64,000 bases of DNA from Patescibacteria group bacterium (GTDB taxonomy: Bacteria > Patescibacteriota > WWE3 > JAUXAW01 > JAYEID01). Positions 17,632 through 27,461 of this stretch are shown here, one piece after another (position 1 is the first letter of the stretch; each line of letters opens with the position of its first letter). The DNA is taken from NCBI GenBank assembly GCA_034659915.1, contig JAYEID010000013.1, positions 10,627 through 74,626 on the forward strand. The letters are read 5' to 3'. A program made the position numbers and the translations under genes. Below the pieces are notes generated by a model. It saw nothing but the letters and a program-made list of their open reading frames with translations. It was not told the origin of the DNA and did not search any database.

Positions 17632-19629
17632 GTGACAGCTAGAGAATTGATTGAAAAGTATATTTCCTTTTTTGAGGCGCGTGGTCATGTTGAGATTGCT
17701 GGGGCTTCCTTAGTACCAGAAAATGATCCTTCTGCACTTTTTATCTCTGCTGGTATGCACCCTCTAATTCCCTTCTTGTTGGGAGAAGAACACCCTGCTG
17801 GTAAGCGCTTAGTTAGCTTACAAAAATGTATTCGAACAAATGATATTGAGCAAGTAGGTGACGGGTTTCATCATACCTTCTTCTTAATGCTTGGAAACTG
17901 GTCTTTGGGTGATTATTTTAAAAAAGAGGCAATCTCTTTTAGTTTTGAATTTCTTACTTCTTCTGAGTGGTTAGGGTTAGCTCCGGAAAGGTTGTATGTT
18001 TCTGTTTTTGCTGGTGATGAGACTGCTTCCCGGGATAAGGAGTCAATTAAGTATTGGAAGTTAGAATTTAAGAAAGTAGGGATTAAGGCTGAGGTGGGTG
18101 AGAGGATATTCTTCTTTGGAAAAGAAGAAAACTGGTGGGGACCTGTAGGTGATACAGGACCTTGCGGACCTGATACAGAAATATTTTATGATATAGGCAA
18201 AGACCATTGTGGTCCTAATTGCGATCCCTCTTGTCAATGTGGGAAATATATTGAAATTTGGAATGATGTGTTTATGGAATTTAAAAGAATCCGCCGGTTG
18301 GCGGACCGCAAACCGCAAACCGTGAACCGTGAACCGCAAGATAAAGAGCGGAAGGCGGAGAGCGGTTCGCGGAATGCCGATTACGAATATGTTCCTTTAG
18401 AGCAGAAAAATGTAGATACGGGGATGGGTGTAGCTAGGGTTGTTGCAGTTACTAGCGGCTACGCAGATGATGATTATAAAACCGACCTTTTCCACCCTAT
18501 TATTTCCAAGATTGAAGACTTGTCTGGTAAAGAATACCAGCAATTAGAAGTTAACAATGAACAATCGTTAGTTAGTTCAATGCGCATTATTGCTGATCAT
18601 GTACGGGCAGCTGTTTTTGCTATCAGTGATGGTGTAGTACCTTCAAATACAGATCGAGGTTACGTGGTTAGGCGACTAATTCGCCGTGCTGTTCGTCATG
18701 GACATGCTTTAAACATCCAAGATAGCTTTTTGGGGCAAGTTGCAGAGGTTGTAATTGAGAATTATAAGGATCTTTTTCCTGGGTTGGAAAGTGAGGAGGA
18801 AACAATACTTACTGAGATTTCCGATGAGGAAAAAAGATTTGGTAAGGTTTTGCGGAGAGGTTTGAAGCATTTTGAAAAGTTGGTTGAACAAAAAGTTGGT
18901 GATGAAACGCTGCCGCACCTGCCTGCCGGCAAGGCAGGTTCCCCAGCCCCTGGGGCTGCGGCCAAAGAAGCCCCAGGGGCTTCTCCTGCGCTGGGCGAGC
19001 GAATTACCGGGGAAGAAGCCTTCGACCTTTACCAAACATATGGGTTTCCGTTGGAGTTAACCAAAGAGCTGGCAGAGGAAAGGGGTTTAGCGGTTGATAG
19101 AAAGGGGTTTGAAGAGGCCTACAAAAAGCACCAAGAGAAATCCCGTTCTGGTGCAGATAAGAAATTTAGTGGGGGTTTGGTAAGTGAATCTGAAGAAGTT
19201 ATAAAACTGCATACAGCTACCCATCTTTTGCACGAAGCTCTGCGCCAGGTATTGGGTGCTCATGTAAAGCAGGAAGGGTCGAACATTACTCCCCAAAGAT
19301 TGCGGTTCGATTTTTCCCATCCAAAAGCAATGACGGAGGAGGAGATTGGAGAAGTCGAAGCTCTAGTTAATGAAAAAATAGAGGAAGATTTGCCCGTGCG
19401 GAAAGAGACCATGTCATTAGAGGAGGCAAGGGAGCGGGGTGCTTTAGCGTTTTTTACAGATAAATATGGAGATGAGGTGAAAGTTTATTCTATTGGCGGA
19501 TTTTCAAAAGAAGTTTGCGCTGGTCCTCATGTTGATTCTACCGGGAAACTTGGTAAATTTGAGATAATAAAGGAAGAATCTGTGGGTCGCGGTAAACGGA
19601 GAATCCGTGCTATACTGAAAAAGGATTAG
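17632..19629 (+). CDS. alaS: Alanine--tRNA ligase (no C-Ala domain; contains repeat-derived inserts)
   Basis: SAGMHP, MLGNWS, GPCGP, VDTGMG, editing motifs HTATH and CAGPH; GTG start at 17632. Confidence 0.97.
   Translation: MTARELIEKYISFFEARGHVEIAGASLVPENDPSALFISAGMHPLIPFLLGEEHPAGKRLVSLQKCIRTNDIEQVGDGFHHTFFLMLGNWSLGDYFKKEAISFSFEFLTSSEWLGLAPERLYVSVFAGDETASRDKESIKYWKLEFKKVGIKAEVGERIFFFGKEENWWGPVGDTGPCGPDTEIFYDIGKDHCGPNCDPSCQCGKYIEIWNDVFMEFKRIRRLADRKPQTVNREPQDKERKAESGSRNADYEYVPLEQKNVDTGMGVARVVAVTSGYADDDYKTDLFHPIISKIEDLSGKEYQQLEVNNEQSLVSSMRIIADHVRAAVFAISDGVVPSNTDRGYVVRRLIRRAVRHGHALNIQDSFLGQVAEVVIENYKDLFPGLESEEETILTEISDEEKRFGKVLRRGLKHFEKLVEQKVGDETLPHLPAGKAGSPAPGAAAKEAPGASPALGERITGEEAFDLYQTYGFPLELTKELAEERGLAVDRKGFEEAYKKHQEKSRSGADKKFSGGLVSESEEVIKLHTATHLLHEALRQVLGAHVKQEGSNITPQRLRFDFSHPKAMTEEEIGEVEALVNEKIEEDLPVRKETMSLEEARERGALAFFTDKYGDEVKVYSIGGFSKEVCAGPHVDSTGKLGKFEIIKEESVGRGKRRIRAILKKD
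18290..18382. repeat. In-frame insert in alaS: tccgcc-ggtt-ggcgga hairpin + inverted heptamer arrays
   Basis: ccgcaaa ccgcaaa ccgtgaa ccgtgaa ccgcaag, then gcggaag gcggaga gcggttc gcggaat. Confidence 0.85.
18912..18990 (+). repeat. 79-bp triple-hairpin element inserted in-frame in alaS
   Basis: 72/79 identical to 29191-29269 in mpg (manual alignment). Confidence 0.93.
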
Positions 19630-19684
19630 CTTGAACTTGTTAATCAACTATTGCAAATTATTAGTTTAAAGCGCTATTGAAGTT

Positions 19685-20905
19685 ATGTTTCCTGCCATAA
19701 ATTTATTTAAAAGTAAGTCCTCCACTCCCTGTTATCTTTCTCTAGATGTTGGTTCTGGTTCTTGTAAAGCCCTTTCTTTTTCCTGTGTTGTTTTGGAGGG
19801 AGAAAGTGAGGAACGGAAAAGGATAAAAGCTTTAGGAGCGGGTAGTGTTTCCCAGAACTCTTCCGAGATGAGTATGGGTGTACCGGCGGATATTAAGGCG
19901 GTGACTAATCATATTGGAGATGCGGTAGACGAGGCTACTCTTCCTCTGGAGGGACTGAAAATTAAGAACAGAATTTTAGGGCTTTCAGGAGAGATGATTT
20001 CTTTCCTTACTACTAGAATGCGTTTAACTAGGGCAAATCCGGATAAGCCCATTTCAAAAAAAGAGATTGCCCGAATAGAAAGGAAAGCGCAACAAGCTGC
20101 ATTTCTTGAGGCGCATAAGGAGTTGGCAGCAAGAAAAGGTTACCAAGACCTTGATTTAGAAATAGTAGATTCAGCAATAACCGGAGTGGAGGTTGATGGG
20201 TTTCCTGCTACTGAGCCTGAGGGATTTAAGGGAGAGAAGGTGGAGCTTTCCTATTTTAATTCTTTTGCTCCTCAGGACCGACTCTATACTTTGGAATCTA
20301 TTCTTCGTAATTTGAAACTCAAACCACAATTGGTCACAGCTAGTATGTATGCACTTTTACATGCTTTATTGGAAAATTCTCCCAGTACAGGAGTTTCATC
20401 TGTTTTGATAGATATGGGAGCGGATAAAACAGATGTGGGTGTTGTTTTTGATAGTTCTATAGTTTCTAATCGCACACTTCCTATTGGTGGCCGGGATTTT
20501 ACAGAGGCTATCGCGCATAGTTTGGAAATTTCTTTTTCTGAAGCTGAAGGATTGAAACGCAATTATAGTGAAGATGGTGATGATAACGCTAGGATTCAGA
20601 GTGCGGTTGCTGATGTTTTAGAGGTGTGGTCACAGGGATTAATAGATGCATTAATGAATATTAAGGAGGTGAAAGCGTTTCCACCTCAAGTTAATATTTA
20701 TGGTGGTGGTGCGGAATTTAAGGTAGTGTTAGAGCATTTGAGATCTCTGTCTTGGAAACAGAATTTGCCGTTTCACAGCGATCCGCGCGTAAGTATTCTT
20801 AGGCCAGAGGATTTTGATTTTTTTGAGGATGAAACAGGTCAAGTAAGTAAGTCTGATTGGGTTGTACCTGTTGTTTTGAGTTGGTTTGGTTGTAAGGTTC
20901 TTTAG
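19685..20905 (+). CDS. FtsA/PilM-like actin-fold protein
   Basis: LSLDVGSGSCK, LIDMGADKTD, IGGRDFTEAIA, YGGGA actin-like motifs. Confidence 0.8.
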   Translation: MFPAINLFKSKSSTPCYLSLDVGSGSCKALSFSCVVLEGESEERKRIKALGAGSVSQNSSEMSMGVPADIKAVTNHIGDAVDEATLPLEGLKIKNRILGLSGEMISFLTTRMRLTRANPDKPISKKEIARIERKAQQAAFLEAHKELAARKGYQDLDLEIVDSAITGVEVDGFPATEPEGFKGEKVELSYFNSFAPQDRLYTLESILRNLKLKPQLVTASMYALLHALLENSPSTGVSSVLIDMGADKTDVGVVFDSSIVSNRTLPIGGRDFTEAIAHSLEISFSEAEGLKRNYSEDGDDNARIQSAVADVLEVWSQGLIDALMNIKEVKAFPPQVNIYGGGAEFKVVLEHLRSLSWKQNLPFHSDPRVSILRPEDFDFFEDETGQVSKSDWVVPVVLSWFGCKVL

Positions 20906-20933
20906 TGTTTTGTTAGGTTGTTTGGTTTAGCTT

Positions 20934-22415
20934 ATGGCTAATATAACTCTTTCTGAAAAGCCAAATATCGTGTCTGTTCTAGAACAAGTAAAGGAGGCTT
21001 CTGCTTCTGAAGTGAAGCTTCTATTGCCTAAAGATACTAGTTATTGGAATGTTCTTGCGCTAAAGACTCTTTCCAGACAGGCGAAGGCTTATGGCAAAGA
21101 GTTGAAATTCGTAGCCCAAAATGAGCAGGGAAAGAGCTTGTTAGCTGCATTTCGAGGGGAACTACCATCGGCAAGAGGTGTGAAAGCAGCGAGTCCTTCT
21201 ATTTTGGACCAAGTCCTTATATTTTTTCAAGTTGCGCGATGGAAGGTTTTAGCTATTTTTGGTGGTTTGGTTTTATTTGTGGTTGCGGTTGTGTTTGTGA
21301 CGCTTTTTTACCTTTCTGAAGCAATAGTTACTGTTAACTTTAATACTTCTCCTCTAGTAAAGACAGCTGCTGTTAGTCTTGATCCTCAGGTTTCTGCACC
21401 AGAGATAGAGGGTATGGTTATTCCTGCAATTTCTGTAGATGTTCAGGAATCAGGGGTGTACGAAGTTGAGACTACAGGAGAAAAGGAAGTTGGAACTAAA
21501 GCAGAAGGGACAATAACAGCTTACAATTATGATACCAGTAATTCTAAGAGTTTTTCTGAGGATGACGAATTGATTACAGAAGAGGAAGGGCTTCGGTTTT
21601 TGTTAAATGAATCTATTGAAGTTGAGGAAGCTTCAGCTAGTGCGGAAGGCGCCGATAGGCTTATTAGTCCCGGAACTACAGAGGTTAAGGTTACAGCGGA
21701 GAAGATTGGGAGCAGTTACAACATTGCGAAGGGTACTAACCTTTATTTTGAAAGTTTGGATGATGATTTTTGGGATGATGTTTATGCGCGGGCTGCTGAA
21801 GATTTTTCTGGAGGGGAAAGTAGAACAGTTTCTGTGGCTACAGTCCAAGACCAAGAGCAGCTACTTGCTGAGGGGTTAGAGCAGATTAAGTCTAAGTGTT
21901 CGGAAAGTCTTTCTGGCAAGCTTTTAGAAGATCAGAAGTTAACAGGGAAAGCAGTAGTGGCAACTCCCCTGGAGCAAAGCTATACTCCCGCTATAGGCGA
22001 AGAGGCAGATAACTTGAGCCTATCTTTGAAAGTTAGGTGTAGTACTCTTGCTTATTCTGGAGGAGATTTAAACGATGTGTGGCAGGGTAGGCTTGCAGGT
22101 TTAGTTCCGGAAGGATTTGAGCTAAGAGATGATGATTTGGAGGTAAGTATCCTTACTGTTGAAAGGCCTCCGGAAGCACAAGGGCTTGTACTTCAGACAG
22201 AGGTTGAGACTAAGTTGGCTCCAAAAGTAGATGAAGAAAAAATTAGGGAAGATTTAGTTGGGAGATCTTTTTCTGATTTAGATGCTTATTTTTCAACCCT
22301 GCCAGATATTAATTCTTATGAATTGCAACTCAAGCCCCCAATTATTCCTGGAATATTGGGGAGATTTCCCCTTAATAAAGATAGAATACATGTTATTTTT
22401 GGGGATAATTCCTAG
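20934..22415 (+). CDS. Membrane-anchored baseplate J/gp47-like protein
   Basis: Cytoplasmic N-domain, one TM, ETTGEKEVGTKAEGTIT, VTAEKIGSSYNI, FSGGESR motifs. Confidence 0.65.
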   Translation: MANITLSEKPNIVSVLEQVKEASASEVKLLLPKDTSYWNVLALKTLSRQAKAYGKELKFVAQNEQGKSLLAAFRGELPSARGVKAASPSILDQVLIFFQVARWKVLAIFGGLVLFVVAVVFVTLFYLSEAIVTVNFNTSPLVKTAAVSLDPQVSAPEIEGMVIPAISVDVQESGVYEVETTGEKEVGTKAEGTITAYNYDTSNSKSFSEDDELITEEEGLRFLLNESIEVEEASASAEGADRLISPGTTEVKVTAEKIGSSYNIAKGTNLYFESLDDDFWDDVYARAAEDFSGGESRTVSVATVQDQEQLLAEGLEQIKSKCSESLSGKLLEDQKLTGKAVVATPLEQSYTPAIGEEADNLSLSLKVRCSTLAYSGGDLNDVWQGRLAGLVPEGFELRDDDLEVSILTVERPPEAQGLVLQTEVETKLAPKVDEEKIREDLVGRSFSDLDAYFSTLPDINSYELQLKPPIIPGILGRFPLNKDRIHVIFGDNS

Positions 22416-22418
22416 ATT

Positions 22419-22775
22419 TTATTTTTTTCCTCGCGAGAATTCAAAACCCTTTCCTTCCCTTAGTAAGTCTGTTTTGATTAGCTTGTCAATTAATCTTAGT
22501 GACTTTGCTGAGGATTGTTTTAGAGCATTGCTCATTTGAGCAATAGTGTTGTCGGAGACTTTAAGTGATTCTTTAATTTTGCTGTAGGAAGTATCACGAC
22601 GTAGTTCTTTTAGAATAGCTAGCCTTTTGCCTATTCGTTCTTTTTCGGTGGGGGAAAGAAGAAGGTTTAGAAGAATTCGGCTTTTTTCTGGGTCCTGGAT
22701 AGAGGCAAAAGCTTCCCCTAATTGGGTGATTAGTATTCTTTGTAGCCTTTCTTTTTCTGGTGTTATAGAATTCAT
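22419..22775 (-). CDS. TrpR/YerC-like HTH regulator
   Basis: LLSPTEKERIGKRLAILKEL...SYSKIKESLKVSDNTIAQMS. Confidence 0.8.
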   Translation of the reverse strand: MNSITPEKERLQRILITQLGEAFASIQDPEKSRILLNLLLSPTEKERIGKRLAILKELRRDTSYSKIKESLKVSDNTIAQMSNALKQSSAKSLRLIDKLIKTDLLREGKGFEFSRGKK

Positions 22776-23038
22776 TCGTTTTCTACTTTATAGACTAGAT
22801 CGCCCTCTCTAACCCTGTTTTCTACTTTTAATCCCACCGCATCCCCAGCTGAAGCCTCTTTAACTGGCTCCTTGTTTGCTTGCATAGAACCCACTTCTTG
22901 AGTGAAATCTGTAGTTGCGCCTTGAATGTGAATCTTGTCTCCTATTTTTAGTGTATCGGACAATTCCAAGACACCCACTCCAATATTGGTGTAGTAGTGT
23001 GTAATTTCTCCAACTTTAGTTTCCAAGATGTTCTTCAC
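22772..23038 (-). CDS. Small beta-barrel protein (EF-Tu domain II / U32 C-terminal-like)
   Basis: KVGEITHYYTNIGVG...GATTDFTQEVGSMQ...RVREGDLVY. Confidence 0.75.
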   Translation of the reverse strand: MKNILETKVGEITHYYTNIGVGVLELSDTLKIGDKIHIQGATTDFTQEVGSMQANKEPVKEASAGDAVGLKVENRVREGDLVYKVENE

Positions 23039-23223
23039 CTCCTTTATTAAGAGTAAGAGCAGATTTAAATAAATGTGTGGTAGGCATGTTTACATTGAGC
23101 AGGGTCAACATGAGGATAAACCTAACCTAATTTTAAAGTTAATGATGATAAATGTCAACCCCACAGTATTTTTTAAGTAGTTGTATATCTTAGACTCAAG
23201 CCACATGTTAGAATAAATAAGCA

Positions 23224-23628
23224 GTGTTACTAGGAATTGATTGGGGGAAAAGACGTATGGGAGTAGCTTATTCCAGTGGTAAGGTGGCTTCACCTTTGAA
23301 GGTTCTTGTGGTTAGGAATAAGTCGGAAGCAGTTGATGCGGTGATTAATCTTTGTGAGGAGCTAAGTGTTGATAAAGTAGTGGTAGGTGTGCCGTTAGAT
23401 TCTGAAGGCAACGAAACTGAACAAGCAAGGGAAATAAAAGAATTTGGAAAAATGCTGAGGAGGGATGGGGAGATGGAGGTTGTTTTTTGGAATGAGGCCC
23501 TTACCTCTAAGCAAGCTTTGTGGGGAAAAATTAGAAGTGGTCAGGGCAAAAAAAAGCGGAAAGACTTAGATGCAACTTCAGCTGCTTACATTTTGCAGAG
23601 CTATTTAGATTCTCGTACTTCATCCTAA
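23224..23628 (+). CDS. ruvX: RuvX/YqgF pre-16S rRNA nuclease
   Basis: LGIDWGKRRMGVAYS, VVGVP, NEALTS, DATSAAYILQSYL. Confidence 0.92.
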   Translation: MLLGIDWGKRRMGVAYSSGKVASPLKVLVVRNKSEAVDAVINLCEELSVDKVVVGVPLDSEGNETEQAREIKEFGKMLRRDGEMEVVFWNEALTSKQALWGKIRSGQGKKKRKDLDATSAAYILQSYLDSRTSS

Positions 23629-23673
23629 CAATAAATTAGTTTATTAATATTTAAAAAGTCCGGGCGAGATATT

Positions 23674-24393
23674 ATGAAGTATCTTTTGATTGCGGATATT
23701 CATGGCAATAATACTGCTTTGAAGGCTGTTTTTGAAAATGCAACAAGTTTTGATGAGGTATTGGTATTGGGTGATTTTGTTGGTTACGGACCTAGACCAA
23801 ATAAGTGTGTGGAAACTATTCAGCAACACAAGATTCGTGCTGTGAAAGGTAATCACGATGCTGCTGTTTTGGGGAACATAGACCTTTCATGGTTCAATAC
23901 TGCTACTCGTGACGCACTTGAGATAACTCAGAAGTTGCTTTCCAGAAAGACTTGGTTGTTTTTAAAGAAACTGCCTTTAACACGTGTAATTGATAATCAG
24001 CTTACACTTGTTCACGGCAGTCCCCGAAAACCTCTAACTGAGTACATCAGGGGTGAATATTCAGTTAAAGCTAATGTGGGCTATTTAAGTACTTTTATTA
24101 CGTTAGTAGGGCACACCCATGTTCCTACAGTTTATGAAAATTCAGATAACAATATTAAGAAATTGAGAACAGCCGACATTAAATTGGACTCAGACTCACA
24201 GTATATTGTAAACCCAGGTAGTGTCGGTCAACCTCGAGACGGAGATCCCAGAGCTAGTTATGCTTTGCTAGATTTGGATTCTGACAAGTTGATTTTTAAG
24301 CGAGTTACATATGATATCCAAAGTGTTCAAAAAGAAATGCGTAGCCTTGGGTTTCCCAACCCTCTGCAAAGGCGCCTTTCCCATGGAATTTAG
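23674..24393 (+). CDS. Metallophosphoesterase
   Basis: DIHGN, LGDFVGYG, GNHD, GHTH, NPGSVGQPRD. Confidence 0.93.
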   Translation: MKYLLIADIHGNNTALKAVFENATSFDEVLVLGDFVGYGPRPNKCVETIQQHKIRAVKGNHDAAVLGNIDLSWFNTATRDALEITQKLLSRKTWLFLKKLPLTRVIDNQLTLVHGSPRKPLTEYIRGEYSVKANVGYLSTFITLVGHTHVPTVYENSDNNIKKLRTADIKLDSDSQYIVNPGSVGQPRDGDPRASYALLDLDSDKLIFKRVTYDIQSVQKEMRSLGFPNPLQRRLSHGI

Positions 24394-24433
24394 GTAGAAA
24401 GGGGCCCCACTTTCAATTTAGTGTTGTTGATGA

Positions 24434-24655
24434 TTAGCGGGGCCCCCTTCTAAGACTTTCTAGTGGTCGTTGAAGAGCTGCCCAATGGGCTAGGAACTTA
24501 AAGTCTTCTTCTCGAATTTTGCCTGAGTAATATAAACGACACTGGATTTGCAGGCTTTTCTTTCTCCTTTCTTTTGTTTTTGAGAGTTTTATACACTCTT
24601 CGCAAAGTTTTATTAGGCGTGCTCGTGTACCTGGTAGCTTTTTTAGGTCAATCAC
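24434..24655 (-). CDS. Hypothetical protein
   Basis: 73-aa ORF with GGAGG RBS on the minus strand. Confidence 0.5.
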   Translation of the reverse strand: MIDLKKLPGTRARLIKLCEECIKLSKTKERRKKSLQIQCRLYYSGKIREEDFKFLAHWAALQRPLESLRRGPR

Positions 24656-24890
24656 ATTTCCTCCAAGTCGTATTTTTAGGGCGTGTTTGGGTGCGCGTGC
24701 TCCTTATCTTACTAGATAAAACGGGTTTATGCACTTTTGTCACAGGAGTTAGATTTGCTAGGATTAAGGAGTTACATATAAATCTACTTATTTAGTTGGA
24801 TGCTCCAGTGAAGGAGCTGCTTTGGGGAAAGGGTTTGCAGCCTGTTTTATGAGTTTTGGCAAGGGTACAGTTTAGTTGAGAAAGAGTAAG

Positions 24891-25790
24891 ATGCTAAAGA
24901 TTGTTTGGTCCGAGGAATATTTAAAATATAAGTTTGGTCCTAATCATCCTTTTTGGCCGGAACGGGGACGAGTTTTTCTTGATCTGATTGATGAAGCTGG
25001 GCTTAGGTATGATCTAGCGGAACCGGAAAAAGCTAGTGATAGCGATGTTCTTCTTGTTCATGTACAAGGTTATTTGGATGGGGTTAAGAAATTGTATCAA
25101 GAAGGAGGGAGCCTTTCTCCTGATACCCCACTTTATTCAGGTGTTTTGGAAGCTGCTTACTATTCTGTGGGGGGTTCGATTCTTGCTGCTCGTTTAGCTC
25201 TTTCTGGTGAGAAAGTTATTAATCCTCTTGGAGGTTGGCACCATGCAAAGACAGCTCGCGGTGGGGGTTTTTGTATCTTTGCTGATCACGCAATTGCAAT
25301 TCGAAAGTTGCAACAAGAAAGTGTTATTGAAAAAGCAATGGTTTTTGATTTGGATGCACATGCAGGAAATGGTACCCAAGAAATTTTTTATAGCGATCCT
25401 GCGGTTTTTAATATTTCACTGCATCAAGATCCACACACTTTATATCCTGGAACTGGGTTTGCTCACCAACGTGGACAAGGAGAGGGTAAGGGCTTCAATC
25501 TTAATGTCCCACTTTCTCCCGGAGCAACGGGGTCTAGGTATCTAGAAGAGTTGGACAGTGTTTTACCGTTACGGGGAGAATATCAGCCGGATTTGACGTT
25601 TCTTATTTTGGGAGTGGATACTTATAAGGAAGATCCTTTAACTCAGTTGGGTTTGGAAGAGGATGATTACTTTAAGATTGGAAAACGGTTTAATGAGTTT
25701 CGGAATCTGGCTGTACTTTTTGCTGGCGGCTATTCTAAGAAAACACCAGAACTGTGGCTGAATTTTATCCGAGGGCTTATGTTAAAATAA
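24891..25790 (+). CDS. Histone deacetylase / AcuC-like Zn deacetylase
   Basis: HPFWPER, GGWHHA, GFC, DLDAHAGNGT, SLHQ, GGY. Confidence 0.92.
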   Translation: MLKIVWSEEYLKYKFGPNHPFWPERGRVFLDLIDEAGLRYDLAEPEKASDSDVLLVHVQGYLDGVKKLYQEGGSLSPDTPLYSGVLEAAYYSVGGSILAARLALSGEKVINPLGGWHHAKTARGGGFCIFADHAIAIRKLQQESVIEKAMVFDLDAHAGNGTQEIFYSDPAVFNISLHQDPHTLYPGTGFAHQRGQGEGKGFNLNVPLSPGATGSRYLEELDSVLPLRGEYQPDLTFLILGVDTYKEDPLTQLGLEEDDYFKIGKRFNEFRNLAVLFAGGYSKKTPELWLNFIRGLMLK

Positions 25791-25794
25791 ATTT

Positions 25795-26559
25795 GTGAAG
25801 GTGTCTCTGTGGCTGGTATTTTTAATTGCCTTAGCTTTTTTGGGGGGTTCTGTGTTTGTTGCTTTGAGAAATAGGGGTATTGTTAAAGACGATAGTGCTG
25901 ACGATATAGTAGATAGTGTTTCATTAAGTTCTGAAATGAAACAAAAGAATTCTGAAAAGATAAAGCTTCCTGATCCGCGAACCTCAAGCGAAATTTCAGT
26001 AGAGGAAGCTATTGCAAAAAGGCGTTCGCGGCGAGAGTTTACTTCCCAACCATTGAGTGCGGGACAAATTTCCCAAATTCTTTGGGCAGTGCAAGGCATA
26101 ACTGGTGAAAGTTCGGGACACCGAGCAGCTCCTTCGGCTGGAGCTTTGTACCCTTTGGAAGTTTACATGGTGGCTAAGAGTGGTGGGGTTTCTGGTTACC
26201 AAGCCGGAGTTTATCATTACTTACCTCTTGAGCATTCAGTAGAAAAGATTGGGCAAAAAGACTTAGCTCGCGATTTGGCAGCGGCTGCTTTGGGCCAATC
26301 TTTTATTGCCGATGCTCCTATCTCGTTAGTCATAACAGCGAAATATTCGCGCGTGACTAATAAATATGGTGAGCGGGGAAGGCAGTATGTACATATGGAA
26401 GCAGGGCATGCTGCTCAGAATGTTTATTTACAAGTTGAGACTTTAGGTTTGGGTACTGTAGTGGTTGGTGCATTTGATGGTGAACGGATTGTTGAACTTC
26501 TCCAAATTCCTGCAGAACACGAACCTCTTTACGTTATGCCGATTGGTAATCTCAAATAA
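25795..26559 (+). CDS. SagB/ThcOx-family nitroreductase with N-terminal TM anchor
   Basis: RRSRREF, APSAGALYPLE, EAGHAAQN, GAF. Confidence 0.9.
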   Translation: MKVSLWLVFLIALAFLGGSVFVALRNRGIVKDDSADDIVDSVSLSSEMKQKNSEKIKLPDPRTSSEISVEEAIAKRRSRREFTSQPLSAGQISQILWAVQGITGESSGHRAAPSAGALYPLEVYMVAKSGGVSGYQAGVYHYLPLEHSVEKIGQKDLARDLAAAALGQSFIADAPISLVITAKYSRVTNKYGERGRQYVHMEAGHAAQNVYLQVETLGLGTVVVGAFDGERIVELLQIPAEHEPLYVMPIGNLK

Positions 26560-26775
26560 CTGCCCCCTTTCAATTTTGATGTATTATTAGTTTAGTTCGC
26601 TAGCCCGCTTCGCGACTTGTGTCGACACCGGTGCAAGGCGAGCTGGTGGATTGGCATCCTGTTAGTTATTTACTTATGAATTTAAAAACTTCGCAACAAG
26701 CTCTGTCTTTTTTTTACGGAAGAGGGAAATCCTTTTTGGGTTTTTTACAAAACTTCCACGGGAAATATTTATCCT

Positions 26776-27447
26776 TTGGAAGTGGGTTATGGAGAAATTA
26801 GTTCTGGCAATGTTCCCTATGATAAAAAAGTAACAGTAGAGGCATGTAAAACAGGCTGTGCTCTTTTCGGCAAAGGTGGTGGCTGTCCGCCGTATTCTCC
26901 GGATTTTCAACAAATTAAAAAGAAATTTCCTTATGCACAAGCAATTTATTCTCGCCTTTATACTCGTTACTACCCGCCAAAAGTGGCCCGCGCAAGTTTT
27001 TATATCCGCTGGAATTTCGTTAAGGCGCTAATGGAAAGAAAAATTGCAAATGTGGGTTATTTTTTAAGGGAACAGTTGGGAGGTTTTTTCTTGTCAGCGG
27101 GTCCTTGCCACGGCTGCGGCAACAAAACTTGTGCCTTTAAAGAAGGTGAAAAGAAATGTAGAAAGCCAGAAAAGAGAGTGTTTTCGCTGGAATCAACAGG
27201 AGTTTTGGCAAATGAGTTAGTGGAAAAATTGTTTGGGTTTAGGCTCTTGTGGTTTGATAAAGAGCGTGAGGATTATATTCCCGAATATATGGTAAACGTA
27301 ATTTTACTGATGACCAAGAACAGCGTACCAGAGAATTTGTTGGGTGATTGTGTGCGCGAATATTACCAAAATATACCCGGTGCTTATTTTCCCGTTACTG
27401 ATGAGGAGAGAGAAAACATACTTGGAAGGAATTGGGAGGATAGATGA
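26776..27447 (+). CDS. DUF2284-like metal-binding protein (true start possibly 26676 across a T8 frameshift)
   Basis: C...GC...GCPP, GPCHGC...C...C, FSLESTG motifs. Confidence 0.7.
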   Translation: MEVGYGEISSGNVPYDKKVTVEACKTGCALFGKGGGCPPYSPDFQQIKKKFPYAQAIYSRLYTRYYPPKVARASFYIRWNFVKALMERKIANVGYFLREQLGGFFLSAGPCHGCGNKTCAFKEGEKKCRKPEKRVFSLESTGVLANELVEKLFGFRLLWFDKEREDYIPEYMVNVILLMTKNSVPENLLGDCVREYYQNIPGAYFPVTDEERENILGRNWEDR

Positions 27448-27461
27448 GAAGGGTGTTGTTT

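Noticed and set aside
3283-22415. Prophage suggested by 'holin' and 'baseplate J' labels
   Set aside because: The two genes are 17 kb apart among housekeeping genes, with no integrase, terminase, capsid or tail genes.
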